A DNA stretch of 64,000 bases from a virus. Taxonomy: Duplodnaviria > Caudoviricetes. The first letter of the stretch is position 1. Every line of letters starts with the position of its first letter. The position numbers were made by a program, and so were the translations under genes. The notes under the pieces were generated by a model. The model was given only the letters and a program-made list of their open reading frames with translations, did no database searches and had not been told where the DNA came from. This document shows positions 35,946 to 45,297 of the stretch, in pieces. The stretch spans positions 5,461 through 69,460 of IMG/VR virus record IMGVR_UViG_3300045391_004370; one strand, 5' to 3'.

Positions 35946-37433
35946 CTACTCCAGGGTCTTGTCGGTTTGCGGTGCAGCAGCCATAATGATGGAGTGCGCT
36001 TCGTCGATCGTGACAAGTCCAGGAGTACCAGGAACCATTGGCTGTCCGGGAATGACTGCACCCGTAACGGGGTCGGTAGTGTCCGGGGTCGCAGGTGTAT
36101 CGGGGGTACCGATAGCCTTCGTGAGGTTGGCAGCAGCACGAGCTTGCTGAGCGGATGTCTGTCCACGTTCCAGCGGGTTCAAGGTGAACGCTTCAGGCCA
36201 CGAAACTGTCAGCGACAGACCGGCCTTCAGATCGAAGAAGCCCATCGTTGCCAGTGCGATGATGAGTGGGCGGATGCAATTGGGTTCCGCAAAGGTCGTA
36301 CGCCGTTCGTTGATGCGGACTGCCCAGTTAGCCCTGTCTTGCTCGGACGCGAGCTGACCTGCTTCCGTTCCTAGCAAGAGTCGCTGCGGAATACCTTCGG
36401 AGGCGCAGATCAAGTTCAGAGTCACCTCGAAGACGGCTCGAGGATCACCCATCTGCATGTTGATGGGTTCGACCTTGACACCTCTGGTCCGAATCACACG
36501 ACGGAGGTTGTTGGAATAATCGTCGATTTCCGCTTCCAGCGCATCGGCATCGGTACCGTCGAGATCCATTTCCTTGTCAACATCGATATGTAAACCGCCA
36601 CGAGCATTCAGCCAATAGATCTCGGCAGAACCGCCACCTGTCTTCAAGAAGTCGTCCAGTAGGTTGTAGACGCGCTGCATACGAGGGAACCCAAAGATAG
36701 GGTCTTCCAGGGTGTTCTCGGCGATGTGTACAAGGCGACTCCAATGCACTTTACCGCCGATCACAGCGCTGGTTTGCAAGCCTGTAGGCTGTACTCCGCT
36801 ACCAGCAAACGAGCCTAGACCGCCACGTTGGAGGTTAAGGGAGTAATAGAGCGGAAGGCCGAAGCGTGGAGACAACGCATTGGTCTCATATTGGGTCACC
36901 GTACAAGAGACCGACGACATCGGCTGGAGAAAGATAACCTTGTTCGTACGGTTCGCGTTGACGGGTTTGTCCAGCGATAAGCCGTCATCGAGACCGATCA
37001 GCACTACGGAATACTGTCCCATACCCGCAAGCTTGTCAGCCCTATTGAGAACTTGCCAGAGCGAGAAGCGCTGGATCAAATCCTGAATGACGGCAACCAC
37101 CTTCTCGTCACCCTTCAACGTTGGGGGCTTCGTCCAGATCGCATCCGCAGGCATGTTGATGATGCGACCGGCGATATCTTGGCGCCAATAGCGCGAGATG
37201 CAGTCCATGAAGCCGATCTGCTTCTTGTAACCGTACACCTCATAGATGTCACGGTTCCCACGGAACATCTGTCCCAAGCCACGAATCAGCCCGCCGAAGC
37301 CACGGATCATCTCCATGGTACGCATGCTGACTGTCTTGTTCTGCGTATCATTAATGTGGATGTGCTGTTCCGGCGCAGTATTTGCCTTCAAACCGGCATT
37401 TCCTCCGCCGAATTCATAGCCTAAAATGCGCAT
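35946..37433 (-). CDS. Portal protein (DUF1073-type)
   Basis: RQDIAGRII.MPA, LNRADKLAGMGQYS, VHWSRL, GIPQRLLLG...GQLASEQDRANW. Follows TerL. Confidence 0.9.
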   Translation of the reverse strand: MRILGYEFGGGNAGLKANTAPEQHIHINDTQNKTVSMRTMEMIRGFGGLIRGLGQMFRGNRDIYEVYGYKKQIGFMDCISRYWRQDIAGRIINMPADAIWTKPPTLKGDEKVVAVIQDLIQRFSLWQVLNRADKLAGMGQYSVVLIGLDDGLSLDKPVNANRTNKVIFLQPMSSVSCTVTQYETNALSPRFGLPLYYSLNLQRGGLGSFAGSGVQPTGLQTSAVIGGKVHWSRLVHIAENTLEDPIFGFPRMQRVYNLLDDFLKTGGGSAEIYWLNARGGLHIDVDKEMDLDGTDADALEAEIDDYSNNLRRVIRTRGVKVEPINMQMGDPRAVFEVTLNLICASEGIPQRLLLGTEAGQLASEQDRANWAVRINERRTTFAEPNCIRPLIIALATMGFFDLKAGLSLTVSWPEAFTLNPLERGQTSAQQARAAANLTKAIGTPDTPATPDTTDPVTGAVIPGQPMVPGTPGLVTIDEAHSIIMAAAPQTDKTLE

Positions 37434-37446
37434 TTTCCAGCCTTTC

Positions 37447-39282
37447 CTAATTGTAATAGTCGCGCGATTTGCGCCCAAAAGTTGCACCTCGCATGGTGCT
37501 GAATGAAGCGGATTTGCCCTGTTTGAGCAGCGTATGAGGCGAGGATTTCGCCGCTTTTGCCGCCTTTGTGGCGATTAGAGCTGCTTCCACAGGGTCTTTA
37601 GGCAGGTTTGATAGGATCTGTTGAGCGCTTCTGCTGTTACGCCCCCAGGTAGTTTTCATCCCTGTCTTGCCAAACAAACGGATATAGGCGTTGGCACTAG
37701 TGTCCATTTGGTCGTCGTGGTATCCTGCGCCTACTGCGGGGAAGTGTTCGAATTCGGTGAGGAACGCCTCGTTCCACTCTTCGCCTTCCAACATGTAAAA
37801 GTGGCCGGCTTCGCAAGCAGCCAAGAAAGGCTGAGCGACGATGAGCTTGTTCGTGTTCCAGTATTGCCCTACGACTTTGTAGCCTTTGAGCACATTTCTG
37901 GCGTAGAAGTCCACAACCGCTTTGCCGGCAGAACCCGTTTCTTGGCAGATGACAATCTCTACGCCAGGACCATCAGCTTCTGCGGTCTGCTCGACGAGGT
38001 CTTGCACTTTCGCAGGAGTCAACTGATCTCGGATCATGTTCAGCAGGTAAACGTTCTTGTTGGGTATGTCACCTGCGTAGAGGCCACCCGCTGTAAAGTC
38101 TGCCTTGAGATCCTCAGAGCCGGCGAAGTCCCATACACGCACCAGTCGGAGGTTCGTTTCGGGGAGTTGGCGGATATGGAACCGCTTGACCCACGACTTA
38201 TCGGTGAGGTCAGAGTCACTCTCGTGAGGCTCCTGGTCGAAGATGGCATCGTAGTACACCTTCCCTAGCAGGGTCTCACGTTCCTTCAAGACCTTAGCCG
38301 AGTAGCGCTGCGGGAACAGGGGCTCGCCTACGCTTCTGCCTAACGGGTCATTTTCCCGAGCAGTTGCATGGAATTTGATGTAATCCCAGTCGCCACCTTC
38401 TTCTTTAGTGCCAAACTTCTTGATGATCCGGCCGATCAGATCGTCATGATGCCAGCGGGTCGCGATGATGATCACGCTCGCATTCGGTTCCAGACGGGTC
38501 ATTGCCGTCGTGGTGAACCAGTCCCAAACATACTGGCGATAGGTAGGGCTGAGAGCTTCCTTAATCTGCTTAATGAAGTCGTCGATGAGCAGAACGTCAG
38601 CACCGCGACCAGTAATAGGACCACCAATACCAATCGACGTGAGCGCTCCGCCCTTGTTCGTGAGGAACTTTGCCAAGCGGGACGCGTCATCTCGAATCCT
38701 GACGTCAAGATCGTCCGGGTTGTCGTAGATGTAGTCCCTGATGGCTCGTGCGAAGTCTTCGGAGAGGTCTGCGCCATAGGTGGTCGTCACTATGTTCTTG
38801 TTGGCGAAGGTCTCCAGACACCACAGTGGGCCATGGATGGTGGAGATGCGAGATTTGCCGTGACGTGGCGGTGCTGAGATAATGATCCGTGCATTACCCC
38901 TGACGATACCTGTGGCAATCTTCTTGGAAATGTACATCAAGAAGGGGCTGGGATACCACTTCAGCGGGTCATTGGGCCCTAACCTTTTGTTCTCCAACCG
39001 AAAAGCTAGGGTCGCAGGGGTCAGCTTGAAGTTCTGCCCGATTTCCTCGATCTGGTGCTGCTGATATGCATTGAAACTGCCCGCTAAGGGCATTAAAGCA
39101 GGGTCTGGACCGCCGAGTAGACCGGTATTGTGATCGCCTCCTTCCAGCCCTCCACGGATATGGTGGAAGTCGGAATCCATAACGGAAGGGCCACCGCTCG
39201 CATTGATACGGCGCTTGAGCTCCTCAAAGGTCTCAGGATTGATGCCATACCGCTGGATATCTCGGAGACTGGGCTCTATCAT
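37447..39282 (-). CDS. terL: Terminase large subunit
   Basis: APPRHGKS, ITGRGADVLLIDD, IIIATRWHHDDLIG, WDFA, HDDQMD. Confidence 0.93.
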   Translation of the reverse strand: MIEPSLRDIQRYGINPETFEELKRRINASGGPSVMDSDFHHIRGGLEGGDHNTGLLGGPDPALMPLAGSFNAYQQHQIEEIGQNFKLTPATLAFRLENKRLGPNDPLKWYPSPFLMYISKKIATGIVRGNARIIISAPPRHGKSRISTIHGPLWCLETFANKNIVTTTYGADLSEDFARAIRDYIYDNPDDLDVRIRDDASRLAKFLTNKGGALTSIGIGGPITGRGADVLLIDDFIKQIKEALSPTYRQYVWDWFTTTAMTRLEPNASVIIIATRWHHDDLIGRIIKKFGTKEEGGDWDYIKFHATARENDPLGRSVGEPLFPQRYSAKVLKERETLLGKVYYDAIFDQEPHESDSDLTDKSWVKRFHIRQLPETNLRLVRVWDFAGSEDLKADFTAGGLYAGDIPNKNVYLLNMIRDQLTPAKVQDLVEQTAEADGPGVEIVICQETGSAGKAVVDFYARNVLKGYKVVGQYWNTNKLIVAQPFLAACEAGHFYMLEGEEWNEAFLTEFEHFPAVGAGYHDDQMDTSANAYIRLFGKTGMKTTWGRNSRSAQQILSNLPKDPVEAALIATKAAKAAKSSPHTLLKQGKSASFSTMRGATFGRKSRDYYN

Positions 39283-40340
39283 TCTTTTGTGTCCCCGTGA
39301 ATCATGGCGAGATCAGCGTCCTCATCTGCCGAGAGACTACGCTCACTGACGATGGATTCGGTGGGTTTACGCCCAGTCATACCAACACGGATGACAAGTT
39401 CCTGAGCAGCTTCCGCTACGTTTTCGTCCTGAGAGAGAATGTCGATGACAGACTGATTATTGCCCGTCTTGCTACCGCCTCCATCGCTTGCACCTGTGGT
39501 CTTTGCGACCTGACGCATGGTGATTTCCATGCTAGCTCCCGGAGGCGGCGCACCTTCTTCAGGCTTGGCAGAGCGTCCAGAACCTCCGAGACCCAGTGCT
39601 TCCTTGCGGAGGTCCATAGCCAACTTGAAGGTCTTCATGAAGTCCATCAGCTCCATGGACTCGATCTTCTCGTCAGTGAAGAGCGCATCGATCTTGTTGG
39701 CCAACTTCGTGACGATGTTATCTGCCTTGAGATATTGACTGTTCTCAACGTCCAACATCCGACGCTCACGCACCTTTTTGGTCATAGCGTTCTGGAAGAG
39801 ATCGAATGCTTTCGCGCGGAAGAACCAGAAGTGGAGGCTGGCAACTCCCTGTAAGTGCATGAGATAGCCCTTGAATTCGGCCTGTGTCTCACACTTTAAG
39901 GCTGGAATCACTTGAGCGATCTCGTCGGGCATCGCTGCCATCTGACGATATCCGAACTTCGCCGGGAGTCCTAAGTAAATCTGGAATAATGCATAATCCC
40001 CGTCGTCTTCCGTGTCCATTTGCGACCAGATAGGGCTGCCATCGACGAAGGTTGGATAGCCTTCCCGATAGGTGATGCCCACAACAGCCGCTTGGAGGAT
40101 CTGGTTCCTGTCCCCTTCGGAGAGGGTATTGATGTCCGAAGGGATCAAATCCGCTCTATAGAGGAACTTGGGAAGACCCAATTCGTTGGTTGGGAGCGCC
40201 TTGGCGAGCCCGTCGAAGATTTCCTGGCGAGAAACGGAGTGAGAGACGGGGCGATTGGAACTGGCCACGTGATCCGTCTGCGTATTGTTCATGTCCATGT
40301 CCATGTCCATGTCGGAGATCGCCACGCTGGTGGATGCCAC
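39279..40340 (-). CDS. probable terminase small subunit (unusually long)
   Basis: Position and ATGA coupling upstream of terL; helical. No motif recognised. Confidence 0.5.
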   Translation of the reverse strand: MASTSVAISDMDMDMDMNNTQTDHVASSNRPVSHSVSRQEIFDGLAKALPTNELGLPKFLYRADLIPSDINTLSEGDRNQILQAAVVGITYREGYPTFVDGSPIWSQMDTEDDGDYALFQIYLGLPAKFGYRQMAAMPDEIAQVIPALKCETQAEFKGYLMHLQGVASLHFWFFRAKAFDLFQNAMTKKVRERRMLDVENSQYLKADNIVTKLANKIDALFTDEKIESMELMDFMKTFKLAMDLRKEALGLGGSGRSAKPEEGAPPPGASMEITMRQVAKTTGASDGGGSKTGNNQSVIDILSQDENVAEAAQELVIRVGMTGRKPTESIVSERSLSADEDADLAMIHGDTKE

Positions 40341-40348
40341 TGATCACC

Positions 40349-40377
40349 ATTATATCAGGTCTCTAAAGGGACGTCAA
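40349..40377 (-). promoter_or_regulatory. sigma70-type promoter of the packaging/late operon
   Basis: TTGACG-N17-TATAAT, with GTG 8 nt downstream. Confidence 0.75.
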
Positions 40378-40647
40378 GAGTGAATCTATGACATGCCCAG
40401 TCAATTCTTAGGCAAAAATTTTTGGTAATTTTGTGCCGGGCCTTCCGATTTCCGGTATTTTGCCTACAAATCTGGGATCCAAGTGAACCGGGTGACATAA
40501 TCGGACAATTCCGTATCCGAAAATTATTCATGAACAGTACATTAACGCATCATGAACTATTGTTCACGTGATGTTAATGTTGTGTTGTTATATATTATAT
40601 GTATGGTAAGTGATGTATTTACCATATAACAATGAAAGGAACTACCT

Positions 40648-40884
40648 ATGTCGACGAAGAACATCGAACTGTCTCCTGAGCTCAAGGCTGACCGCGAGTA
40701 CTGCGCGGAGCTCCAGACCCGGCTCGGCAAGAAGAGCGCGGTCATCCGGTACCTGGCAGCCGAAGGGTGGTCGCGGGGAAGGATCGCTAAGGGGATGGAC
40801 ATCATCTACCAGCACGTCCGGAACACGCTGGTCAAGCCCCTGAAGAAGGTGACCATCCCCGAGATGGTCGAGGGCGACCTCTAA
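40648..40884 (+). CDS. HTH DNA-binding protein (YQHV paralog family, copy 1)
   Basis: KSAVIRYLAAEGWSRGRIAKGMDIIYQHVRNTL; AAGGA RBS. Confidence 0.75.
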   Translation: MSTKNIELSPELKADREYCAELQTRLGKKSAVIRYLAAEGWSRGRIAKGMDIIYQHVRNTLVKPLKKVTIPEMVEGDL

Positions 40885-40892
40885 GGTAGGTC

Positions 40893-40923
40893 GTATAGGG
40901 AGGGGTCAGAGACCTCCCTATAC
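40893..40923 (+). terminator. stem-loop after HTH copy 1
   Basis: GTATAGGGAGG / CCTCCCTATAC 11-bp perfect stem, no U-tract. Confidence 0.5.
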
Positions 40924-40969
40924 ACGTACCCTAGAGAGTACGATAACGCAACCTACGGAGGACTACACT

Positions 40970-41098
40970 ATGCCTGGACCTTGGTATACCTGGGAAGACC
41001 GGGAGCAGGGCTATGACTTCTCGGAGATCGAGAAGCGGCTCGCATTGCAGGAAGCGCCCCTGTCGGAGCTGGCGCTCGACGACGAAGAGGAGGACTAA
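40970..41098 (+). CDS. 42-aa acidic peptide (not in ORF track)
   Basis: GGAGGA RBS. MPGPWYTWEDREQGYDFSEIEKRLALQEAPLSELALDDEEED. Confidence 0.6.
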   Translation: MPGPWYTWEDREQGYDFSEIEKRLALQEAPLSELALDDEEED

Positions 41099-41099
41099 C

Positions 41100-41192
41100 A
41101 TGCGTGCATTCCTGATAGAGATGGTCAGCTACGGGGTTGTGGCTGCCACCGCGTGCTACATCTGGTACTGGGTCAAAGAGAACCTCGGCTAG
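41100..41192 (+). CDS. 30-aa membrane peptide (not in ORF track)
   Basis: GGAGGA RBS. MRAFLIEMVSYGVVAATACYIWYWVKENLG. Confidence 0.55.
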   Translation: MRAFLIEMVSYGVVAATACYIWYWVKENLG

Positions 41193-41324
41193 TCAGACCC
41201 AGACTAGGGCGTATACCGAGGGGCGTACATAGCGTTTCTCGGTATACCCGTAGTCTGCCTTAAGCAACGCAACGGGCTCGGACCTGGTGGGTCCTTGATC
41301 CTGGGCTTCTGTGAGTCTACCGCT

Positions 41325-41364
41325 ATTTGACATCGTGATTGACTATTGGACTCTATGCTATAAT
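41325..41364 (+). promoter_or_regulatory. phage promoter class ATTTGAC...GACTCTATGC-TATAAT
   Basis: Same elements and spacing as at 45150, 53498 and 55855. Confidence 0.6.
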
Positions 41365-41647
41365 ATGGCATAGATGAAAGGAGGTCTATTACTTAATGGA
41401 CATCCGAATGGACGAGCGGTAGGTTGGTAACCCTATACCAGCAGGGCGGAGCTTGCCTTGTATGGGCCCAATAAGGGACATGTCCAAAACCGCCGCCTAG
41501 CGCCCCGTCCCGGAAAGAGCGGTTGCGAGGAGCGCCATGTTAACCGGTCCCCGACCTGCTCTCCCTCCTCTATACCAAAGTCAGCTCGGGCGACCCGATA
41601 TGTTGCTCTCGGGTGTCCGATCTGTAGACCTGCAATATACATGGGAC

Positions 41648-41990
41648 TTTTTAGTTTTTAGTTTTAAATCGATATGTAGTATATAGAGAACCCAAGGAAT
41701 TCTCTCACGTCCTCCCTATTTACTTGTCCTATCGTCCGGTCATATTTCATTTTTTCGTCAACAAAGACGTTTAAGTAACTAAAGTAAAAACTAAAAACCC
41801 ATAAGGATATCAATAGGTTAGCTCTAATGCCTCCCTTTACTGTTTTAGTTTCCCCTTAACATTTTCTGTCTATCCCTCATGACATCTAGGGGTTATTAAG
41901 GAAGTTCCAGCCCATCCACCCTCCCTTCAACACATCACGTCCGACATATTATGTTAAGAGGAAACTAAAGAAACTAAAGGAAACTAAAAA
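41648..41990. repeat. AT-rich array of AACTAAA repeats in two inverted-repeat pairs (origin-like)
   Basis: TTTAGTT at 41650, 41657, 41844; AACTAAA at 41777, 41789, 41963, 41972, 41982. About 19-bp inverted repeat between 41844-41862 and 41951-41969. Confidence 0.75.
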
Positions 41991-42095
41991 GTCGGTCAAT
42001 GAGGCGATTGACACTCCGCTTCTCGACTGACTAATATGTTCATATACTCAACGGCACTTGTCTAAACGACCTTCATTTGAGCGCAAAGACCCATC

Positions 42096-42125
42096 TTGCG
42101 ACACCTTAGGACTTTATAGTATAAT
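42096..42125 (+). promoter_or_regulatory. promoter TTGCGA-N18-TATAAT with GACTTTATAG element
   Basis: Upstream of the 42155 ORF. Confidence 0.65.
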
Positions 42126-42154
42126 AACTTGACAATCGAAAGAAGGACATACCT

Positions 42155-42463
42155 ATGCCTATTATAGACGGAAAGTTCAAATCAACACCCGTCAAATATC
42201 CTACGGTCGCGGAGATCAATGACGCGAACAACGCGCTCATGGATCAACTAGCGCTCCTGAGGATCCTCAACTCTTCCGACCTCACATTCATGTACACGGT
42301 GTACCCTCCACATATCCTGAAGGGCATCATCGAGGTCGCTGAAGGGTTCTTCGATCAGGATCCTGAGCAGACCAAATCGTTCCTCACGGAAGCGGAACGA
42401 TTGGAGTACCGTGAACACGTCAACACTATCGCTCAATATATCCTCGACGACCGCAGCAAATAG
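42155..42463 (+). CDS. hypothetical protein
   Basis: AAGGA RBS after a promoter. Confidence 0.65.
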   Translation: MPIIDGKFKSTPVKYPTVAEINDANNALMDQLALLRILNSSDLTFMYTVYPPHILKGIIEVAEGFFDQDPEQTKSFLTEAERLEYREHVNTIAQYILDDRSK

Positions 42464-42472
42464 GAGACCCCG

Positions 42473-42736
42473 ATGTCGAAGGGAATTGAACTCCTTTACT
42501 GTTTCCCGTCCGAAAAGACGGATGACATGATCGTCTTCATCAACAACTTCACGACGTTCGAGGCGCGTCGTAAAGTCAATGGACTCACATGCCTCGCAAC
42601 ATGCATGGTCGTCGTCAATGCGACCAGCCAAATGGACTCGGAGCAGCAAGAACGCGACGAGACCGACGCCTTCGTCAACAGCCTCCTATACCTCACGTCA
42701 AGGGGTAATCACGCCCAAATCGGAATCGACACATAA
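42473..42736 (+). CDS. hypothetical protein
   Basis: GGAG RBS. Confidence 0.6.
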   Translation: MSKGIELLYCFPSEKTDDMIVFINNFTTFEARRKVNGLTCLATCMVVVNATSQMDSEQQERDETDAFVNSLLYLTSRGNHAQIGIDT

Positions 42737-42749
42737 CCAAGGAGCCAAC

Positions 42750-43025
42750 ATGGCAAATCGGATCCGTTACGACTACGCATTCCCTACCGCTTATGGTCAA
42801 CTGTTCGTTGACTTTGTGGCCATGCATACCGATTGGTATGTGTCGCTCATCAATACCGCAGGAGATATGTGCACTGTCTCGCTCGGTCGCGCCACGACAC
42901 CTTATTGGACGGAAGACCATATCAGGCGTCGTGCAGACCTAATGGTCTCGCGGTTCTTGATGATCGTGGGCTACGCCGAAGAACGCGGCAAGACCAAAGC
43001 CCTGGCGGAACGTTCAGCTGCCTAG
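42750..43025 (+). CDS. hypothetical protein
   Basis: AAGGAG RBS before ATG 42750. Confidence 0.6.
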   Translation: MANRIRYDYAFPTAYGQLFVDFVAMHTDWYVSLINTAGDMCTVSLGRATTPYWTEDHIRRRADLMVSRFLMIVGYAEERGKTKALAERSAA

Positions 43026-43106
43026 GCTCCTAGCGAATGTGGGTTGGGTAACCACCCCATATTCCTGGTAGTCTAAAATGACTGCCTTTTTACCGCAATT
43101 TAATCC

Positions 43107-43136
43107 TTGCGGATCAATATGACAATGCTTTATAAT
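43107..43136 (+). promoter_or_regulatory. promoter TTGCGG-N18-TATAAT
   Basis: Upstream of HTH copy 2. Confidence 0.6.
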
Positions 43137-43191
43137 ACTGGGATACTAGTGAGATGCAATGGTGCATCGCACGGTTAACAAGGAGAGTAGC

Positions 43192-43533
43192 ATGTCCAAG
43201 AAAGAAAATACCGCCCGCGTCCTGCAGGCGTCCGACAACCAGGTGCATGGTGCCAGCGAAGGGCAGATCGCTCCCGCGCCCACCAAGACCACCTATGACA
43301 TCCCCGCGATGCTCACGCAGCACAAGACGAAGAGCGGCGTGATCCGTGCGCTCGCTGCCGAAGGTCTCAAGGTGAATGAGATCCACAAGGTTCTGAAGGA
43401 AGCCGGCTGGCATTCCGACAAGAATCCCGGTGAGCCGATTCGCTACCAGCACGTCCGCAACGTGCTCAATCAGAACCTGAAGAAGGGTTCGAGCGCGCCG
43501 GCGGCCACTACGGAAGCGAACACCGCCTCCTAA
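43192..43533 (+). CDS. HTH DNA-binding protein (YQHV paralog family, copy 2)
   Basis: KTKSGVIRALAAEG...IRYQHVRNVL; AAGGAG RBS. Confidence 0.75.
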   Translation: MSKKENTARVLQASDNQVHGASEGQIAPAPTKTTYDIPAMLTQHKTKSGVIRALAAEGLKVNEIHKVLKEAGWHSDKNPGEPIRYQHVRNVLNQNLKKGSSAPAATTEANTAS

Positions 43534-43549
43534 GTCGACAATGAAGCAC

Positions 43550-43585
43550 AGGGTGGGGGCTATAAACCTCCACCCTTTCTTCTTT
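43550..43585 (+). terminator. Rho-independent terminator
   Basis: AGGGTGGGGG / CCTCCACCCT followed by TTCTTCTTT. Confidence 0.7.
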
Positions 43586-43778
43586 GTATAGGAGGGCAGC
43601 CCTGAACATCTTCAAGTTCATCTTCCGTTTCCTGATCAGCGCCTTCGTCTGCACAGGTATTCTCTGCGTAGGCGTGATCGGCATCTTGGCAATTAGGGCG
43701 CTCACGTATGATCCTGATGCGCCAGGATGGAAACCTGCAGAATACCATTACACCGGATCCATTACAGGAAAGGATTAA
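43584..43778 (+). CDS. small membrane protein
   Basis: Single TM segment; start uncertain. Confidence 0.45.
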   Translation: MYRRAALNIFKFIFRFLISAFVCTGILCVGVIGILAIRALTYDPDAPGWKPAEYHYTGSITGKD

Positions 43779-43780
43779 AC

Positions 43781-43963
43781 ATGCGAGTCACAATGCGCCT
43801 GGAACGTGAGACTAAAGGAGCGCTCTTCTTCAGGGAGCTCGACGCCAACGGCAATCCGATCATGGCGCAGCAAGATGGCAAGATCGGTAACATCTACGTT
43901 CGCAAGGACAGCGAATGTGGTAAGGCGCAACCGAACGAAATCACCGTCGACGTCAGCTGGTGA
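43781..43963 (+). CDS. hypothetical protein
   Basis: AAGGA RBS; MRVTMRLERETKGALFF. Confidence 0.55.
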   Translation: MRVTMRLERETKGALFFRELDANGNPIMAQQDGKIGNIYVRKDSECGKAQPNEITVDVSW

Positions 43964-44026
43964 TGCAGCCCTCTGGAGATTGGCAACAGTCTCCAGTAGC
44001 ATGCATCAACACATGGAGGAGAGTGC

Positions 44027-44446
44027 ATGAACAATTACATTATGTACCTGAGGTTCGATAGTCTTCATCAGCTACAGGAAACGTTCCAAGCCGACGATGA
44101 CGATCTGGCCACTAAATACATGCTGGACGCGATCGACATGCTTAAGGGTACCAAACTTCAACGCGTCTACATTTATTCGACATCCGTCGAAGGTGAGCCT
44201 GGAGTCGTGACATTCAACTTCGAACGGCTCGTGATGAATCACCACGTTGACTCACAATCGCCATGGCAAAAGCTCGACGAAGAGACACGCCAGCGAATCT
44301 GGGAAGCGCAGGCTGAAGATATCCGTGACGCCCCGGGCAGCTACGCCGACGATATCTGCAGTCAGATGTCCCAAGAAGAGATCGACGAATGGCTCAAGAA
44401 CGAGAAGGAAGAGCAGGAGGCAAACGATGCCACCGATCAAGCCTAA
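44027..44446 (+). CDS. hypothetical acidic protein
   Basis: GGAGGAG RBS. Confidence 0.6.
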   Translation: MNNYIMYLRFDSLHQLQETFQADDDDLATKYMLDAIDMLKGTKLQRVYIYSTSVEGEPGVVTFNFERLVMNHHVDSQSPWQKLDEETRQRIWEAQAEDIRDAPGSYADDICSQMSQEEIDEWLKNEKEEQEANDATDQA

Positions 44447-44663
44447 ACCTCGGAGCAAAAACATCGAGCATGCTCTAAGCGTCATCCTGTCTCCGGATAT
44501 TACTGTCGAACAGATCGGCGAAAGCTTCCGGGAATATGTACGCGAAGCACACCACCTCGGGATGCCAGGATTTCAATCCAGCGACCTCACTGGGATCTGG
44601 CGTTTCCTTGACGACGTTGCAACGAGCATCGAGGTCGATGTTCTCAACCCTATGGAGACGTAA
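44427..44663 (+). CDS. hypothetical protein
   Basis: GGAGG RBS before ATG 44427. Confidence 0.55.
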   Translation: MPPIKPKPRSKNIEHALSVILSPDITVEQIGESFREYVREAHHLGMPGFQSSDLTGIWRFLDDVATSIEVDVLNPMET

Positions 44664-44664
44664 T

Positions 44665-45120
44665 ATGCTATCATATACAGGCAATAAACACAAAGAGTCG
44701 AGGCTCCTCGAGAGTCTGGGAGTGGAGAGCTCCCTCGGCACCGTTCCGTGGCCTCTACCCAATATGCGACGGACAGATGAATCCGAGTTCTGGGGTCATC
44801 ATTCGTCGATGGGCAACAACTGGATGAGTGCTTACATAGGTTCGAAACAAGTTGAGAATGCCAAAGGGGCGCTGAAGTGGGCAACACTACACGTCTTCTT
44901 CGACGACACGATGTCGAATCGTTCAGCAGGCTACTGCGTCGCCACGCTCCATGCTGAATACGTAGGGCAATATCCCGATGGGAAGTATGTGAACGAGGTT
45001 GCATATTTCTGGTGGGGCAAGTGCGTACACGAGTTCAAAGAGAAGAACATCGGCAGATGCCTCCACCGTTATGACTGCCAGAAATGCGGCGATTCCTACG
45101 AAGTCGATTCGTCCGGCTGA
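44665..45120 (+). CDS. hypothetical protein with C-terminal CxH...CxxC zinc ribbon
   Basis: CVHEF...GRCLHRYDCQKCG. Confidence 0.6.
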   Translation: MLSYTGNKHKESRLLESLGVESSLGTVPWPLPNMRRTDESEFWGHHSSMGNNWMSAYIGSKQVENAKGALKWATLHVFFDDTMSNRSAGYCVATLHAEYVGQYPDGKYVNEVAYFWWGKCVHEFKEKNIGRCLHRYDCQKCGDSYEVDSSG

Positions 45121-45149
45121 TATCGAAAAGAGCCTTGGAACCTTCCGCG

Positions 45150-45189
45150 ATTTGACGCCTTGAAGGTTCCAAGGACTTTCAGCTATAAT
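45150..45189 (+). promoter_or_regulatory. phage promoter class ATTTGAC...GACTTTCAGC-TATAAT, overlapping a hairpin
   Basis: Also contains TTGAAG-N18-TATAAT. Confidence 0.65.
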
Positions 45190-45216
45190 CCAATAACATT
45201 GTGAAGGGGCTTGATT

Positions 45217-45297
45217 ATGCGTACACAGTTTTCTTGGTGGTTGGTGCCCTATGTACTGGCAATCGCCTTGCTAGGGGCGTTGGCAATCCAATGGTAA
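45217..45297 (+). CDS. 26-aa membrane peptide (not in ORF track)
   Basis: MRTQFSWWLVPYVLAIALLGALAIQW; first ORF after the promoter. Confidence 0.4.
   Translation: MRTQFSWWLVPYVLAIALLGALAIQW

Noticed and set aside
35946-37433. DUF1073 protein as anti-CBASS Acb1
   Set aside because: Size, motifs and position after terL identify it as the portal. No HxT phosphoesterase motifs were seen.
41648-41990. AACTAAA repeats as a CRISPR array or transposon ends
   Set aside because: Units are 7-19 bp, in mixed orientation, without regular unique spacers, and no cas or transposase gene is nearby.
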